From NCBI GenBank assembly GCA_964016885.1, contig OZ024743.1, forward strand, positions 341,372,001-341,436,000: a stretch of 64,000 nucleotides of DNA, given 5' to 3'. This DNA is from Eledone cirrhosa (taxonomy: Eukaryota). The notes under the pieces were generated by a model. It was not told where the DNA came from and searched no databases. It worked only from the letters and a program-made list of their open reading frames with translations. The position numbers and the translations under genes were made by a program. This document shows, in pieces, positions 12,701 to 25,729 of the stretch (position 1 is the stretch's first letter; the number at the start of each line of letters is the position of its first letter).

Positions 12701-13130
12701 CGTCAGCCGGGCATGTCCGAGATGCGCGCAGGGCGACGAAACCGTCCTGCACGCACTCGTCCAGTGTCCGAGCATTGCTGACTTGTGGGTTTATGTCGAA
12801 CACCTGCTGTCACGTGTAGGACGGATCCAGCTATCAGCTGAGTCCATCGTGAGGATTGCCCCGCCCCCTTCCTTTAGCCTGGAAGGGCAGGCAGTTTTTA
12901 TCTGCCTGGTGACCATGGCGAAAGAGATAGTATGGTGGACACGTTTGAAAGGGCTGAAGACGAGCACTTACCTCTTCGGTGATGCCCTGATTAACTTTTT
13001 CAAATTTCATTTGAAAAGGAAAATCAGGGTAGAGAGGGAAGTGCTCTCTTCCCAGCATTTTGTTGAAAGATGGGTGAGAGAAGCAAGTATGGCCCGAATG
13101 AATGGGCCTTCTCTGAGTATGTGTCTGTAA
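9711..13130 (+). CDS. ORF2: APE endonuclease + reverse transcriptase + C-terminal Cys/His finger (1139 aa, uninterrupted)
   Basis: APE motifs SINARGL, ISETR, VYAP, GDWN, SYLD, TDH; GYWKLN; RT motifs KSPGLDG, FRPITLLN, LDQSKAFD, RQGCPLS, AYADD; C-terminal CPRC..ETVLHALVQC. Confidence 0.95.
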   Translation: MTSLRIGSINARGLGSSWKQGHLLNDLRSLNIDVVAISETRISEAQAFAPIFGGYDVYASPSRPGSGGGVAVLFRRGLDLAIRAIFLDPEGKLVVLDVTSGDGQAFRLVAVYAPTGAGRPDFFRRLETFLGTSRSLVLVGDWNGILDARWDCVGLVDREGGCKSLTNLLRRFELSDRYRMDFPNVPMWTWTNRIGSSRSYLDRVFCREIDWSSIGCPQFKIVSYTDHKFVICVLDLDRLHRQGPGYWKLNASLPARKAYRDRISELVKRALTGAIVNNKWWFALKRAIRIESIRFSKTLAIEKNRAEGELVRKLDEALSKGIATDVLAAKLALDQFFNAKHEGCVLRARVRALRHEGTKAVQWARVAEARRGNKSTIRSLVDHDGRMLLDPGQMCEAFQRHFAQLFGGSGGPDRGMDFSVYLDGLPRLSATEAECCEKPITTAEVRDAMTSCTRGKSPGLDGLPYELYVQMPNLFGGLLADVYCNWQQNGRIPSSVSRGAVALLRKDPNKGDNIDNFRPITLLNTEFKILAKVLAKRLALVVGGLVGEAQTCAIPDRSIHDNLHLMRYIVERVAREPGTGGSLINLDQSKAFDRVDHRYLTAVLRAAGFGPVFRGWIAAMHSDICSVVRVNGHLSEPFNIMRSVRQGCPLSSLLYVLTLEPLLHKLETLRGVPRELGCGRSVSAYADDVTVVVSNAKHIEAIGTTLREYEAVTGAMINQEKSVGLQLGTWRGRSMPSNSVVGRWTDGPVKLLGVWFGPDLQTDKNWDEVTSRVASLTQKWAQRKLSLKGRAEVANAYIASVIYYRLTVVPCPKPRLTALERLLFRFLWKGRAPMVRRFICCQHPLRGGLGMPWLMMRRHALRLRHLHLFLDGDQVWSPFARHVFPQLVSLTELQSWVKRRPRGSAWRLECLQALTGLDQSGNVIGGNSILAFYRGLVEGKSDDVLGENLGVDENHLANLFGRTFGPGPMDNFQKSLAWQCYRGALPVRDKLYRHGGAVSRACPRCAQGDETVLHALVQCPSIADLWVYVEHLLSRVGRIQLSAESIVRIAPPPSFSLEGQAVFICLVTMAKEIVWWTRLKGLKTSTYLFGDALINFFKFHLKRKIRVEREVLSSQHFVERWVREASMARMNGPSLSMCL

Positions 13131-13374
13131 ATTAAAGGTGGAAAACTGGGAGAGGGCACTTGCCCTGGTGGTCAGGGCCACTGTGGTCTTTTAATGGGCT
13201 TTCTCCACAAATGTCCCTTGGAAGTCTCCCCCCTATTGGGGAATTTTTCTTTGTTATTTTATTTCAACCTCTGTTTTTTTTACACGCAGAAATGCCCATT
13301 TGTACCGTCCTGTATTGTCCTGTACTGTCCTTAATGTCTACTTTATGTGAACCCTTGTGGTTAATAAAGAAAAC

Positions 13375-13416
<42 letters not shown>

Positions 13417-16400
13417 GGCGACCTACGTAGTAAATCGTATCATCGTGAGCTCCGCAAAGGTTTGTTATTTCCGTTTGTTAAAAATTGTCATTTATGGAAA
13501 ATTTTATTGTTAACTGTTTATAAGCGCACATACATTGTTTTCCGAAAAGGACACCCAAAAAGATTGGGGCCTTGTGCCCAAAATTTAAACTTTTATTATT
13601 ATCAAAAAATTTCTTTGAAAAAAAATGGCTAATTCACCTCTGTAACAAGCACTGAAAGCCTTCCTCACAAATTAACACCTCACACCGACACCACCATTGT
13701 AAATGTTACTACGTTTGCCAACACAAAAAAAAATATATGCAGTATTTTAAATTTGTCTCAGGCAGACATTCATTTCCCGCCATTACCAATGACTGCAGGT
13801 GTTAAAGCCTCCACCACCACCACCACCGCGACAACCACCACCCCCACCTCCACCGCGACAACAGAAACAAAAGAAGAAAAAAATAAATTAACTCGTGATG
13901 TCGAAATGAAATCAAGCAAAATGGACTCTTCCCCACCAAGGACGACTGACGTCACCACCTCCACAACTGAAACTAAAATTAATATTAACACAAATAACGA
14001 TAGCAACAACAACAACAATGACATTATAAAACCGACCCTCAGTTTCGCCAGAGTAGCAAAACAGTTCGAAGCATTTACGGTAACTCAGGAGGATTTAGAA
14101 AATGCTAAACAAATGGTAAAGAAAGATGGGTACAGGGTACAGCTTCACCCCCCCCCCCACCTAATAAAATGGAGCATCGGTGCCTATGCACCGTGTCGTA
14201 TAGAACAATAAATGTAAAATCGGGGCCGAGTGGAACGGGCATCCGAGTCCCAAATCCAAAAAAGCTTTGGGACATGTGTGGGCAAGAAAAACCCACATCA
14301 GACGTGGGCAAAAGTATGGAACCGTGGACGTGTTCTTTGAAACACCAGAGGAGGATAGAGAACACTCCATGGCCCCATTAAGAAGTGACGACTTCACACT
14401 CGTCCCAAGCTATTGTGGTCAGAGACTCGTAAAGATCAGGGTGACCCACGTTCCACCGGCCATCGAAATTCCCTGGCTAATAGCAGCCGTCCTCGCCGGC
14501 ATCGAAGCCAACACAAAAATAATAGCATTAGCAAAAGAAAAGCAAGAGAACTGGTCCGGATCTGGGATGGAGCTCCTGATCTAAGCGGACCAAAAAAGCA
14601 TTGAGGAGATCCCAGAGGTAATAGACCTCACTGACGACAGCCACCTCACGGTAATTATCGAGGGCAGAAGACCTAGGTGTGTCGTTTGTGGTGAAGGAAC
14701 CCACCTAAGGGCTTTCTGCCCTCAGGCTAAAAGGTTGAGGCCACCTCTCCTACCCACCCCAGTGACACAACCATCAACACCACCAGTAGCAGAGATGGCA
14801 GCAACAACTGTAGCAGCAACAAAAGAAGCAACTATAACAGCAACAACCCCAGCAACAGTAGCAAAACCAACACCACCACCACCACCAGCAAAACCAACAC
14901 CACCACCACCCAACGCTTCAGAACTAGCACCAGTGCCTACACCATCCACCACGCCACAACCAAAACTAACGCCTGTGGAGGATTTTCCACTCCTCGGCCT
15001 ATCACAACTGGAGACAGATTGTGACGACGAGGAGTGGGAAACGATATCCGGAAAAAAAAAAGATCCCAAAAAAGAAAAAATTCTCTTCCTTCCCCCTCCA
15101 AAAACAAAATACAGAGGGAAACAAATAAATTAAGAAACAAAAAAGTTAGGACAGATATACCACCATCCACACCAGCATCACCAACCCCATCAACCCAAAC
15201 ACCAACACCATCACCATCATTAACCCCAACACCACCATCACCTACACCACAAAAGTCACCAAAATGCGAAACAGAAACAAACCCACAACAAACGCAAACA
15301 AAACAAAACAACCAAAACGATACACACTACACAGCATTAAATTTGAACAACAACCAATTATTACACTACATCCAACACAACACCAGCATCACAGAAAAAG
15401 ACTACACAACAACCCCAAAATTCACACCACCTCCACACATACAAATCACTCGCATCACACAGAAAACGTACATGACACTAAAACAAAAATTCCACAAAGA
15501 CATCGGAGACTTCCGACAAGTACTCTCCAGGAGGATTTATAAGGACATCCTTCGTGAGGAGGCCACAAGCAGTGAAAAGGATGGAAAAACCGTCCTTCCC
15601 TTACGAGAAGTAAGGTAAGTGGTCTTTCCCATCTTTTCCACTCCTTTTCAACATGACCTCACTCAGAATAGGCAGCATAAATGCGCGTGGCTTGGGGTCG
15701 TCATGGAAGCAGGGCCACCTGCTCAACGACCTCAGGTCACTAAACATAGATGTAGTGGCCATCAGCGAGACCAGAATCTCCGAAGCACAGTCTTTCGCAC
15801 CGATCTTCGGCGGCTACGATGTGTACGCATCTCCCAGCCGTCCGGGATCGGGGCGAGGAGTTGCTGTGCTTTTTCGGAGAGGTTTGGATCTTGCCATACG
15901 GGCCATCTTCCTGGACCCAGAAGGTAAGTTGGTGGTGCTTGACGTGACCAGCGGAGACGGGCAAGCTTTCAGGTTAGTGGCCGACAGGAGCAGGACGGCC
16001 TGATTTCTTCCGGCGTCTGGAGACCTTTCTTGGAACGTCCCGCTCTTTAGTGTTAGTGGGCGACTGGAACGGGATCTTAGATGCACGCTGGGATTGTGTG
16101 GGATTAGTGGATAGGGAAGGAGGGTGCAAGAGTCTCACCAACCTGCTCAGACGTTTTGCACTGTCTGACAGGTACCGAATGGATTTCCCGAATGTACCAA
16201 TGTGGACTTGGACAAATCGCATAGGGCCATCCAGATCATATCTAGATAGAGTATTTTGTAGGGAAATAGATAGGTCTAGCATAGGCTGTCCACAATTCAA
16301 GATAGTCAGCTACACGGACCACAAATTAGTGATCTGTGTGCTTGACTTAGATAGGCTTCATAGACGAGGACCCAGCTACTGGAAGCTAAACGCGTCCTTA

Positions 16401-19305
16401 CCAGCGCGCAAGGCCTACAGAGACCGGATTAGCGAACTAGTTAAGCGGGCGTTGACGGGGGCCATCGTCAACAACAAGTGGTGGTTTGCTCTGAAAAGAG
16501 CAATTAGAATAGAGTCTATTAGGTTTAGTAAGACTTTAGCAATAGAGAAAAATAGAGCAGAGGGAGAATTAGTTAGAAAATTAGATGAGGCGCTTAGCAA
16601 AGGCATCGCGACCGACGTACTTGCGGCGAAATTGGCCCTTGACCAATTCTTCAATGCAAAGCACGAAGGCTGCGTTGTCAGAGCTAGGGTGCGTGCTCTC
16701 AGACACGAGGGGACAAAAGCCGTTCAATGGGCCTGAGTGGCGGAGGCGCGCCGTGGCAACAAAGCCACGACCCGGTCTTTGGTGGACCACGACGGGCGCA
16801 TGCTACTCGATCCCGGGCAAATGTGTGAAGCTTTTCAGCGACACTTCGCTCAACTGTTCGGGGGCAGTGGCGGGCCGGATCGAGGGATGGACTTTAGTGT
16901 CTACCTCGACGGACTGACGCGGCTTTCGGCCACTGAGGCGGAGTGTTGCGAATAGCCGATAACAACCGCTGAAGTACGGGATGCAATGACTAGTTGCACA
17001 AGGGGTAAATCGCCTGGTTTGGATGGTCTGCCCTATGAACTTTACGTACAAATGCCAATCTTGTTCGGAGGCCTCTTGGCGGACGTCTACTGCAACTGGC
17101 AACAGAACGGGAGAATTCCCAGCTCTGTGAGCCGAGGAGCGGTGGCGCTGCTGAGAAAGGATCCGAACAAGGGGGATAACATAGATAATGTTAGGCCCAT
17201 AACTCTGCTAAACACAGAGTTCAAGATTTTGGCCAAGGTGCTAGCAAAGAGGTTGGCGCTTGTCGTTGGTGGTCTGGTGGGAGAGGCATAGACATGCGCC
17301 ATTCCCGACAGATCCATCCACGACAACCTCCACCTCATGCGATACATCGTAGAGAGGGTAGCTAGGGAACCTGGCACGGGTGGGTCTTTGATCAATTTAG
17401 ATCAGTCGAAAGCCTTCGATAGGGTCGACCATCGTTACCTAGCGGCAGTCCTGAGGGCGGCTGGCTTTGGGCCCGTCTTCAGAGGCTGTATCGCTGCCAT
17501 GCACAGCGACATCTGCTCTGTAGTGAGAGTGAACGGTCACCTTTCGGAACCGTTCAACATCATGCGCTCGGTCCGCCAAGGATGTCCCCTTTCGTGCTTA
17601 TTGTACGTATTGACTCTCGAGCCATTACTGCACAAACTGGAGACGTTGAGGGGGATCCCGCGCGAACTAGGATGCGGAAGATCCGTGTCAGCATATGCCG
17701 ACGATGTCACCGTAGTGGTGTCGAACGCCAATCACACATCGAGGCGATCGGCACTACACTAAGAGAATACGAAGCGGTGACAGGAGCAATGATCAACCAG
17801 GAAAAGTCAGTGGGCCTGCAGCTCGGCACCTGGAGAGGCAGGTCCATGCCGTCCAACAGTGTCGTCGGGCGCTGGACGGACGGACCGGTTAAATTGCTAG
17901 GGGTCTGGTTCGGTCCGGACATCCAGACGGACAAAAACTGGGACGAGGTGACGAACAGGGTGGCTTCTCTCACCCAGAAATGGGTGGAGAGGAAGCTATC
18001 CCTGAGAGGTCAAGCGGAGGTGGCTAACGCGTACATCGGGTCCGTCATCTACTACCGCCTGACCGTCGTACCTTGTCCTAAGCCCCGCTTGACTGCGCTG
18101 GAGCGTTTGCTCTTTCGCTTTTTGTGGAAGGGACGCGCTTCGATGGTCAGGCCTCCATCTGCTGTCAACACCCGCTACATGGAGGGCTGGGCATGCCGTG
18201 GCTGATGATGCGCAGACACGCGCTCAGGCTACGACATCTCCACCTCTTCCTCGACGGTGATCAGGTGTGGTCGCCGTTTGCTAGACACGTTTTTCCCCAG
18301 CTCGTCTCCTTGACGGAGCTGCAGTCCTGGGTCAAGCGAAGACCGAGAGGGAGCGCTTGGAGACTGGAATGTCTTCAGACGCTCACAGCCCTCGACCAAT
18401 CGGGCATGTGATCGGTGGTAACTCCACCTTGGCGTTCTATAGGGGATTAGTGGAGGGGAAGAGCGACGACGTACTTGGAGAAACTCTAGGCGTCGACGAA
18501 AATCAACTAGCCAATCTCTTCGGAAGGACTTTCGGGCCGGGGCCTATGGACAACTTCCAGAAATCCCTGGCCTGGCAGTGCTACCGGGGTGCTTTGCCAG
18601 TTCGGGATAAACTTTACAGGCATGGAGGTTCCGTCAGCCGGGCATGTCCGAGATGCGTACAGGGCGACGAAACCGTCCTGCACGCACTCGTCCAGTGTCC
18701 GAGCATTGCTGACTTGTGGGTTTATGTCGAACACTTGCTGTCACGTGTAGGACGGATCCAGCTATCAGCTGAGTCCATCGTGAGGATTGCCCCGCCCTCT
18801 TCCTTTAGCCGGGAAGGGCAGGCAGTTTTTATCTGTCTGGTGGCCATGGCGAAAGAGATAGTATCGTGGACACGTTTGAAAGGGCTGAAGACGAGCACTT
18901 ACCTCTTCGGTGATGCCCTGATTAACTTTTTCAAATTTCATCTGAAAAGGAAAATCAGGGTAGAGAGGGAAGTGCTCTCTTCCCAGCATTTTGTTGAAAG
19001 ATGGGTGAGAGAAGCAAGTATGGCCCGAATGAATGGGCCTTCTCTGAGTATGTGTCTGTAAATTAAAGGTGGAAAACTGGGAGAGGGCACTTGCCCTGGT
19101 GGTCAGGGCCACTGTGGTCTTTTAATGGGCTTTCTCCACAAATGTCCCTCGGAAGTCTCCCCCCTATTGGGGAACTTTTCTTTGTTATTTTATTTCATCC
19201 TCTGTTTTTTTTACACGCAGAAATGCCCATTTGTACCGTCCTGTATTGTCATGTACTGTCCTTAATGTCTACTTTATGTAAACCCTTGTGGTTAATAAAG
19301 AAAAC
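13417..19305 (+). mobile_element. Tx1-like family A copy 2 (full length, multiple stops and frameshifts)
   Basis: Colinear with copy 1; ORF1 and ORF2 are fragmented; flanked by (TTA)n. Confidence 0.95.
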
Positions 19306-19332
19306 ATTATTATTATTATTATTAATATTATT

Positions 19333-19722
19333 GTTGTTATTCCTTGAATCTCAGTCATTGATGTTGGTTAACTGGAAAGTCCGCTGGATTGAATATCAAG
19401 CCACTACCTGCAGCCTCAAATATTCAGGACGTATGAGAGGGTTCTTGCTGTTCCAAGCAAGCATGCCTTTTGAAGCGTTCCAAAAAGTGTGAAGGGGCCG
19501 ATTTTCTTTAACCATCCCTGGAAACTTTTAGAGATAGTCCCCAGTGCGCCTATGACAATCGGGATCACTTTGACTTCATGGCAGTTCCAAATCCTTTTCA
19601 CCTCCCACTTTAGGTCCTGGTATCGGTTAATTTTCTCCCTCTCCTTCTCTTGCACTCTCGTGTCGAACGGGCAGGCCACATCCACAATCAGACACGATCT
19701 TTTTTCTTTGTCCACAACCACC
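19333..19722 (-). mobile_element. R4/Dong-like RLE element family 1, ~390-bp 3' end
   Basis: Encodes IVDVACPFD..KINRYQDL..PIVIGALG..LQKACLLGT; near-identical to 30068-30457. Confidence 0.9.
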
Positions 19723-19762
<40 letters not shown>

Positions 19763-22700
19763 GGCGACCTACGTAGGAAATCGTATTATCGTGAGCTCCG
19801 CAAAGGTTTGTTATTTCCGTTTGTTTAAAAATTGCCATTTATGGAAAATTTTATTGTAAACTGTTTATAAGCACACATACATTGTTTTCCGAAAAGGACA
19901 CCCAAAAAGATTGGGGCCTTGTGCCCAAAATTTTAACTTTTATTATTATCAAAAAATTTCTTTGAAAAAAAATGGCTAATTCCCCTCTGCACGAAGCAGC
20001 TGAAAGCCTTCCTCACAAAATAACACCTCACACCGACACCACCATTGTAAATGTTACTACGTTTGCCAACACAAAAAAAATATAAGCAGTAGCAATATTT
20101 TAAATTTGTCTCAGGCAGACATTCATTTCCCGCCATTACCAATGACTGCAGGTGTTAAACCCTCCACCACCACCACCACCACCGCGACAACCACCACCAC
20201 CACCACCATCGCGACAACAGAAACAAAAGAAGAAAAAAATAAATTAACTCGTGACGTCGAAATGAAATCAAGCAAAATGGACTCTTCCCCACCAAAGACA
20301 ACTGACGTCACCACCAGCACAACTGAAAATAAAATTAATATTAACGATAGCAACAACAACAACAATGACATTATAAAACCGACCCTCAGTTTCGCCATCG
20401 TAGCAAAACAATTCGAAGCGTTCACGGTAACTCAAGAAGATTTAGAAAATGCCAAACAAATGGTAAAGAAAGATGGGTACAGGGTCAGCCTCACCCCCCC
20501 ACCTAATAAAATGGAGCATCGGCGCCTGTGCACCGTGTCGTATAGAACAATAAATGTAAAATCGCGCCGAGTGGAACGGGCATCCGAGTCCCAAATCCAA
20601 AAAGCTTTGGGACATGTGTGGGCAAGAAAAACCCACATCAGACGTGGGCAAAAGTATGGAACCGTGGATGTGTTCTTTGAAACACCAGAGGAGGCTAGAG
20701 AACACTCCATGGCCCCATTAAAAAGTGACGACTTCACACTCGTCCCAAGCTATTGTGGCCAGAGACTCGTAAAGATCAGGGTGACCCACGTTCCACCGGC
20801 CATCGAAATTCCCTGGCTAATAGCGGCTGTCATCGCCGGCATCGAGGCCAACACGAAAATAATAACAATAGCAAAAGAAAAGCAGGAAAACTGGTCCGGA
20901 TCTGGGATGGAGCTCCTGATCCAAGCGGACCAAAAAAGCATTGAGGAGATCCCAGAGGTAATAGACCTCACTGACGGCAGCCACCTCACGGTAATTGTCG
21001 AGGGCAGAAGACCTAGGTGTGTCGTTTGTGGTGAAGGAACCCACCTAAGGGCTTTCTGCCCTCAGGCTAAAAGGTTGAGGCCACCTCTCCTACCCACCCC
21101 AGTGACACAACCATCAACACCACCAGTAGCAGAGATGCCAGCAACAACTGTAGCAGCAACAACAGAAGCAACTATAACAGCAACAACCCCAGCAACAGTA
21201 GCAAAACCAACACCACTACCACCACCAGCAAAACGAACACCACCACCACCCAACGCTTCAGAACAAGCACCAGCGCCTACACCATCCACCACACCACAAC
21301 CAAAACTAACGGCTGTGGAGGATTTTCCACTCCCCGGCCTATCACAACTGGAGACAGATTGTGACGGCGAGGAGTGGGAAACGATATCCGGAAAAAAAAA
21401 AAGAAACCAAAAAAGAAAAAATTCTCTTCCTTCCCCCTCCAAAAACAAAATACAGAGGGAAACAATTAAACTAAGAAACAAAAAAGTTAGGACAGATATG
21501 CCACCATCCACACCAGCATCACCAACCCCATCAACCCAAACACCAACACCATCACCATCATTATCCCCAGCACCACCATCACCTACACCACAAAAGTCAC
21601 CAAAATACGAAACAGAAACAAACCCACAACAAACGCAAACAAAACAAAACAACCAAAACGATACACACTACACAGCATTAAATTTGAACAACAAGCAATT
21701 ATTACACTACATCCAACACAACACCAGCATCACAGAAAAAGACTCCACAACAACCCCAAAATTCACACCACCTCCACACATACAAATCACTCGCATCACA
21801 CAGAAAACGTACATGACACTAAAACAAAAATTCCCCAAAGACATCGGAGACTTCCGACAAGCACTCTCCAGGAGGATTTATAAGGACATCCTTCCTGAGG
21901 AGGCCACAAGCAGTGAAAAGGATGGAAAAGCCGTCCTTCCCCTACGAGAAGTAAGGTAAGTGGTCTTTCCCATCTTTTCCACTCCTTTTCAACATGACCT
22001 CACTCAGAATAGGCAGCATAAATGCGCGTGGCTTGGGGTCGTCATGGAAGCAGGGCCACCTGCTCAACGACCTCAGGTCACTAAACATAGATGTAGTGGC
22101 CATCAGCGAGACCAGAATCTCCGAAGCACAGGCTTTCGCACCGATCTTCGGCGGCTATGATGTGTACGCATCTCCCAGCCGTCCGGGATCGGGGGGAGGA
22201 GTTGCTGTGCTTTTGCGGAGAGGTTTGGATCTTGCCATACGGGCCATCTTCCTGGACCCAGAAGGTAAGTTGGTGGTGCTGGACGTGACCAGCGGAGACG
22301 GGCAAGCTTTCAGGTTAGTGGCCGTCTATGCCCCGACAGGAGCAGGGCGGCCTGATTTCTTCCGGCGTCTGGAGACCTTTCTTGGAACGTCCCGCTCTTT
22401 AGTGTTAGTGGGCGACTGGAACGGGATCTTAGATGCACGCTGGGATTGTGTGGGATTAGTGGATAGGGAAGGAGGGTGCAAGAGTCTCACCAACCTGCTC
22501 AGACGTTTTGAACTGTCTGACAGGTACCGAATGGATTTCCCGAATGTACCAATGTGGACTTGGACAAATCGCATAGGGTCATCCAGATCATATCTAGATA
22601 GAGTATTTTGTAGGGAAATAGATAGGTCTAGCATAGGCTGTCCACAATTCAAGATAGTCAGCTACACGGACCACAAATTCGTGATCTGTGTGCTTGACTT

Positions 22701-25647
22701 AGATAGGCTTCATAGACAAGGACCCGGCTACTGGAAGCTAAACGCGTCCTTACCAGCGCGCAAGGCCTACAGAGACCGGATTAGCGAACTAGTTAAGCGG
22801 GCGTTGACGGGGGCCATCGTCAACAACAAGTGGTGGTTTGCTCTGAAAAGAGCAATTAGAATAGAGACCATTAGGTTTAGTAAGACTTTAGCAATAGAGA
22901 AAAATAGAGCAGAGGGAGAATTAGTTAGAAAATTAGATGAGGCGCTTAGCAAAGGCATCGCGACCGACGTGCTTGCGGCGAAATTGGCCCTTGACCAATT
23001 CTTCAATGCAAAGCACGAAGGCTGCGTTGTCAGAGCTAGGGTGCGTGCTCTCAGACACGAGGGGACGAAAGCCGTTCAATGGGCCCGAGTGGCGGAGGCG
23101 CGTCGTGGCAACAAAGCCACGATCCGGTCTTTGGTGGACCACGACGGGCGCATGCTACTCGATCCCGGGCAAATGTGTGAAGCTTTTCAGCAACACTTCG
23201 CTCAACTGTTCGGGGGCAGTGGCGGGCCGGATCGAGGGATGGACTTTAGTGTCTACCTCGACGGACTGCCGCGGCTTTCGGCCACTGAGGCGGAGTGTTG
23301 CGAAAAGCCGATAACAACCGCTGAAGTACGGGATGCAATGACTAGTTGCACAAGGGGTAAATCGCCTGGTTTGGATGGTCTGCCCTATGAACTTTACGTA
23401 CAAATGCCAAACTTGTTCGGAGGCCTCTTGGCGGACGTCTACTGCAACTGGCAACAGAATGGGAGAATTCCCAGCTCTGTGAGCCGAGGAGCGGTGGCGC
23501 TGCTGAGAAAGGATCCGAACAAGGGGGATAACATAGATAATTTTAGGCCCATAACTCTGCTAAACACAGAGTTCAAGATTTTGGCCAAGGTGCTAGCAAA
23601 GAGGTTGGCGCTTGTCGTTGGTGGTCTGGTGGGAGAGGCACAGACATGCGCCATTCCCGACAGATCCATCCACGACAACCTCCACCTCATGCGATACATC
23701 GTAGAGAGGGTAGCTAGGGAACCAGGCACGGGTGGGTCTTTGATCAATTTAGATCAGTCGAAAGCCTTCGATAGGGTCGACCATCGTTACCTAGCGGCAG
23801 TCCTGAGGGCGGCTGGCTTTGGGCCCGTCTTCAGAGGCTGGATCGCTGCCATGCACAGCGACATCTGCTCTGTAGTGAGAGTGAACGGTCACCTTTCGGA
23901 ACCGTTCAACATCATGCGCTCGGTCCGCCAAGGATGTCCCCTCTCGTCCCTATTGTACGTATTGACTCTCGAGCCATTACTGCACAAACTGGAGACGTTG
24001 AGGGGGGTCCCGCGCGAACTAGGATGCGGAAGATCCGTGTCAGCATATGCCGACGATGTCACCGTAGTGGTGTCGAACGCCAAACACATCGAGGCGATCG
24101 GCACTACACTAAGAGAATACGAAGCGGTGACAGGAGCAATGATCAACCAGGAAAAGTCAGTGGGCCTGCAGCTCGGCACCTGGAGAGGCAGGTCCATGCC
24201 GTCCAACAGCGTCGTCGGGCGCTGGACGGACGGACCGGTTAAATTGCTAGGGGTCTGGTTCGGTCCAGACGGACAAAAACTGGGAAGAGGTGACGAGCAG
24301 GGTGGCTTCTCTCACCCAGAAATGGGCCGAGAGGAAGCTATCCCTGAAAGGTCGAGCGGAGGTGGCGAATGCGTACATCGCATCCGTCATCTACTACCGC
24401 CTGACCGTCGTACCTTGTCCTAAGCCCCGCCTGACTGCGCTGGAGCGTTTGCTCTTTCGCTTCTTGTGGAAGGGACGCGCTCCGATGGTCAGGCGGTCCA
24501 TCTGCTGTCAACACCCGCTACGTGGAGGGCTGGGCATGCCGTGGCTGATGATGCGCAGACACGCGCTCAGGCTACGACATCTCCACCTCTTCCTCGACGG
24601 TGATCAGGTGTGGTCGCCGTTTGCAAGACACGTTTTTCCCCAGCTCGTCTCCTTGACGGAGCTGCAGTCCTGGGTCAAGCGAAGACCGAGAGGGAGCGCT
24701 TGGAGACTGGAATGTCTTCAGGCGCTCACAGCCCTCGACCAATCGGGCAATGTGATCGGTGGAAACTCCACCTTGGCGTTCTATAGGGGAGTAGTGGAGG
24801 GGAAGAGCGACGACGTACTTGGAGAAACTCTAGGCGTCGACGAAAATCAACTAGCCAATCTCTTCGGAAGGACTTTCGGGCCGGGGCCTATGGACAACTT
24901 CCAGAAATCCCTGGCCTGGCAGTGCTACCGAGGAGCTTTGCCAGTTCGGGATAAACTCTACAGGCATGGAGGTGCCGTCAGCCGGGCATGTCCGAGATGC
25001 GTACAGGGCGACGAAACCGTCCTGCACGCACTCGTCCAGTGTCCGAGCATTGCTGACTTGTGGGTTTATGTCGAACACCTGCTGTCACGTGTAGGACCTA
25101 TCCAGCTATCAGCTGAGTCCATCGTGAGGATTGCCCCGCCCCCTTCCTTTAGCCTGGAAGGGCAGGCAGTTTTTATCTGTCTGGTGGCCATGGCGAAAGA
25201 GATAGTATGGTGGACACGTTTGAAAGGGCTGAAGACGAGCACTTACCTCTTCGGTGATGCCCTGATTAACTTTTTCAAATTTCATTTGAAAAGGAAAATC
25301 AGGGTAGAGAGGGAAGTGCTCTCTTCCCAGCATTTTGTTGAAAGATGGGTGAGAGAAGCAAGTATGGCCCGAATGAATGGGCCTTCTCTGAGTATGTGTC
25401 TGTAAATTAAAGGTGGAAAACTGGGAGAGGGCACTTGCCCTGGTGGTCAGGGCCACTGTGGTCTTTTAATGGGCTTTCTCCACAAATGTCCCTTGGAAGT
25501 CTCCCCCCTATTGGGGAATTTTTCTTTGTTATTTTATTTCAACCTCTGTTTTTTTACACGCAGAAATGCCCATTTGTACCGTCCTGTATTGTCCTGTACT
25601 GTCCTTAATGTCTACTTTATGTGAACCCTTGTGGTTAATAAAGAAAA

Positions 25648-25648
<1 letters not shown>
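19763..25648 (+). mobile_element. Tx1-like family A copy 3 (near intact)
   Basis: ORF1 is open 20106-21959 (the ATG at ~19972 is offset by an A-run indel). ORF2 21994-25405 is broken only by an 8-bp deletion in the TCCAGAC direct repeat at ~24270. Confidence 0.95.

Positions 25649-25729
<81 letters not shown>

Larger units (their letters stand above)
7500..13374 (+). mobile_element. Tx1/L1-like non-LTR retrotransposon, family A copy 1 (full length, nearly intact)
   Basis: Starts GGCGACCTACG right after (TTA)n, has two ORFs, and ends AATAAAGAAAAC followed by (ATT)n. The same ends occur in three other copies. Confidence 0.95.

Noticed and set aside
7854-13181. Short antisense and alternate-frame ORFs recurring in each Tx1 copy
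   Set aside because: They recur only because the copies are near-identical; no motifs; shadows of GC-richer coding sequence.
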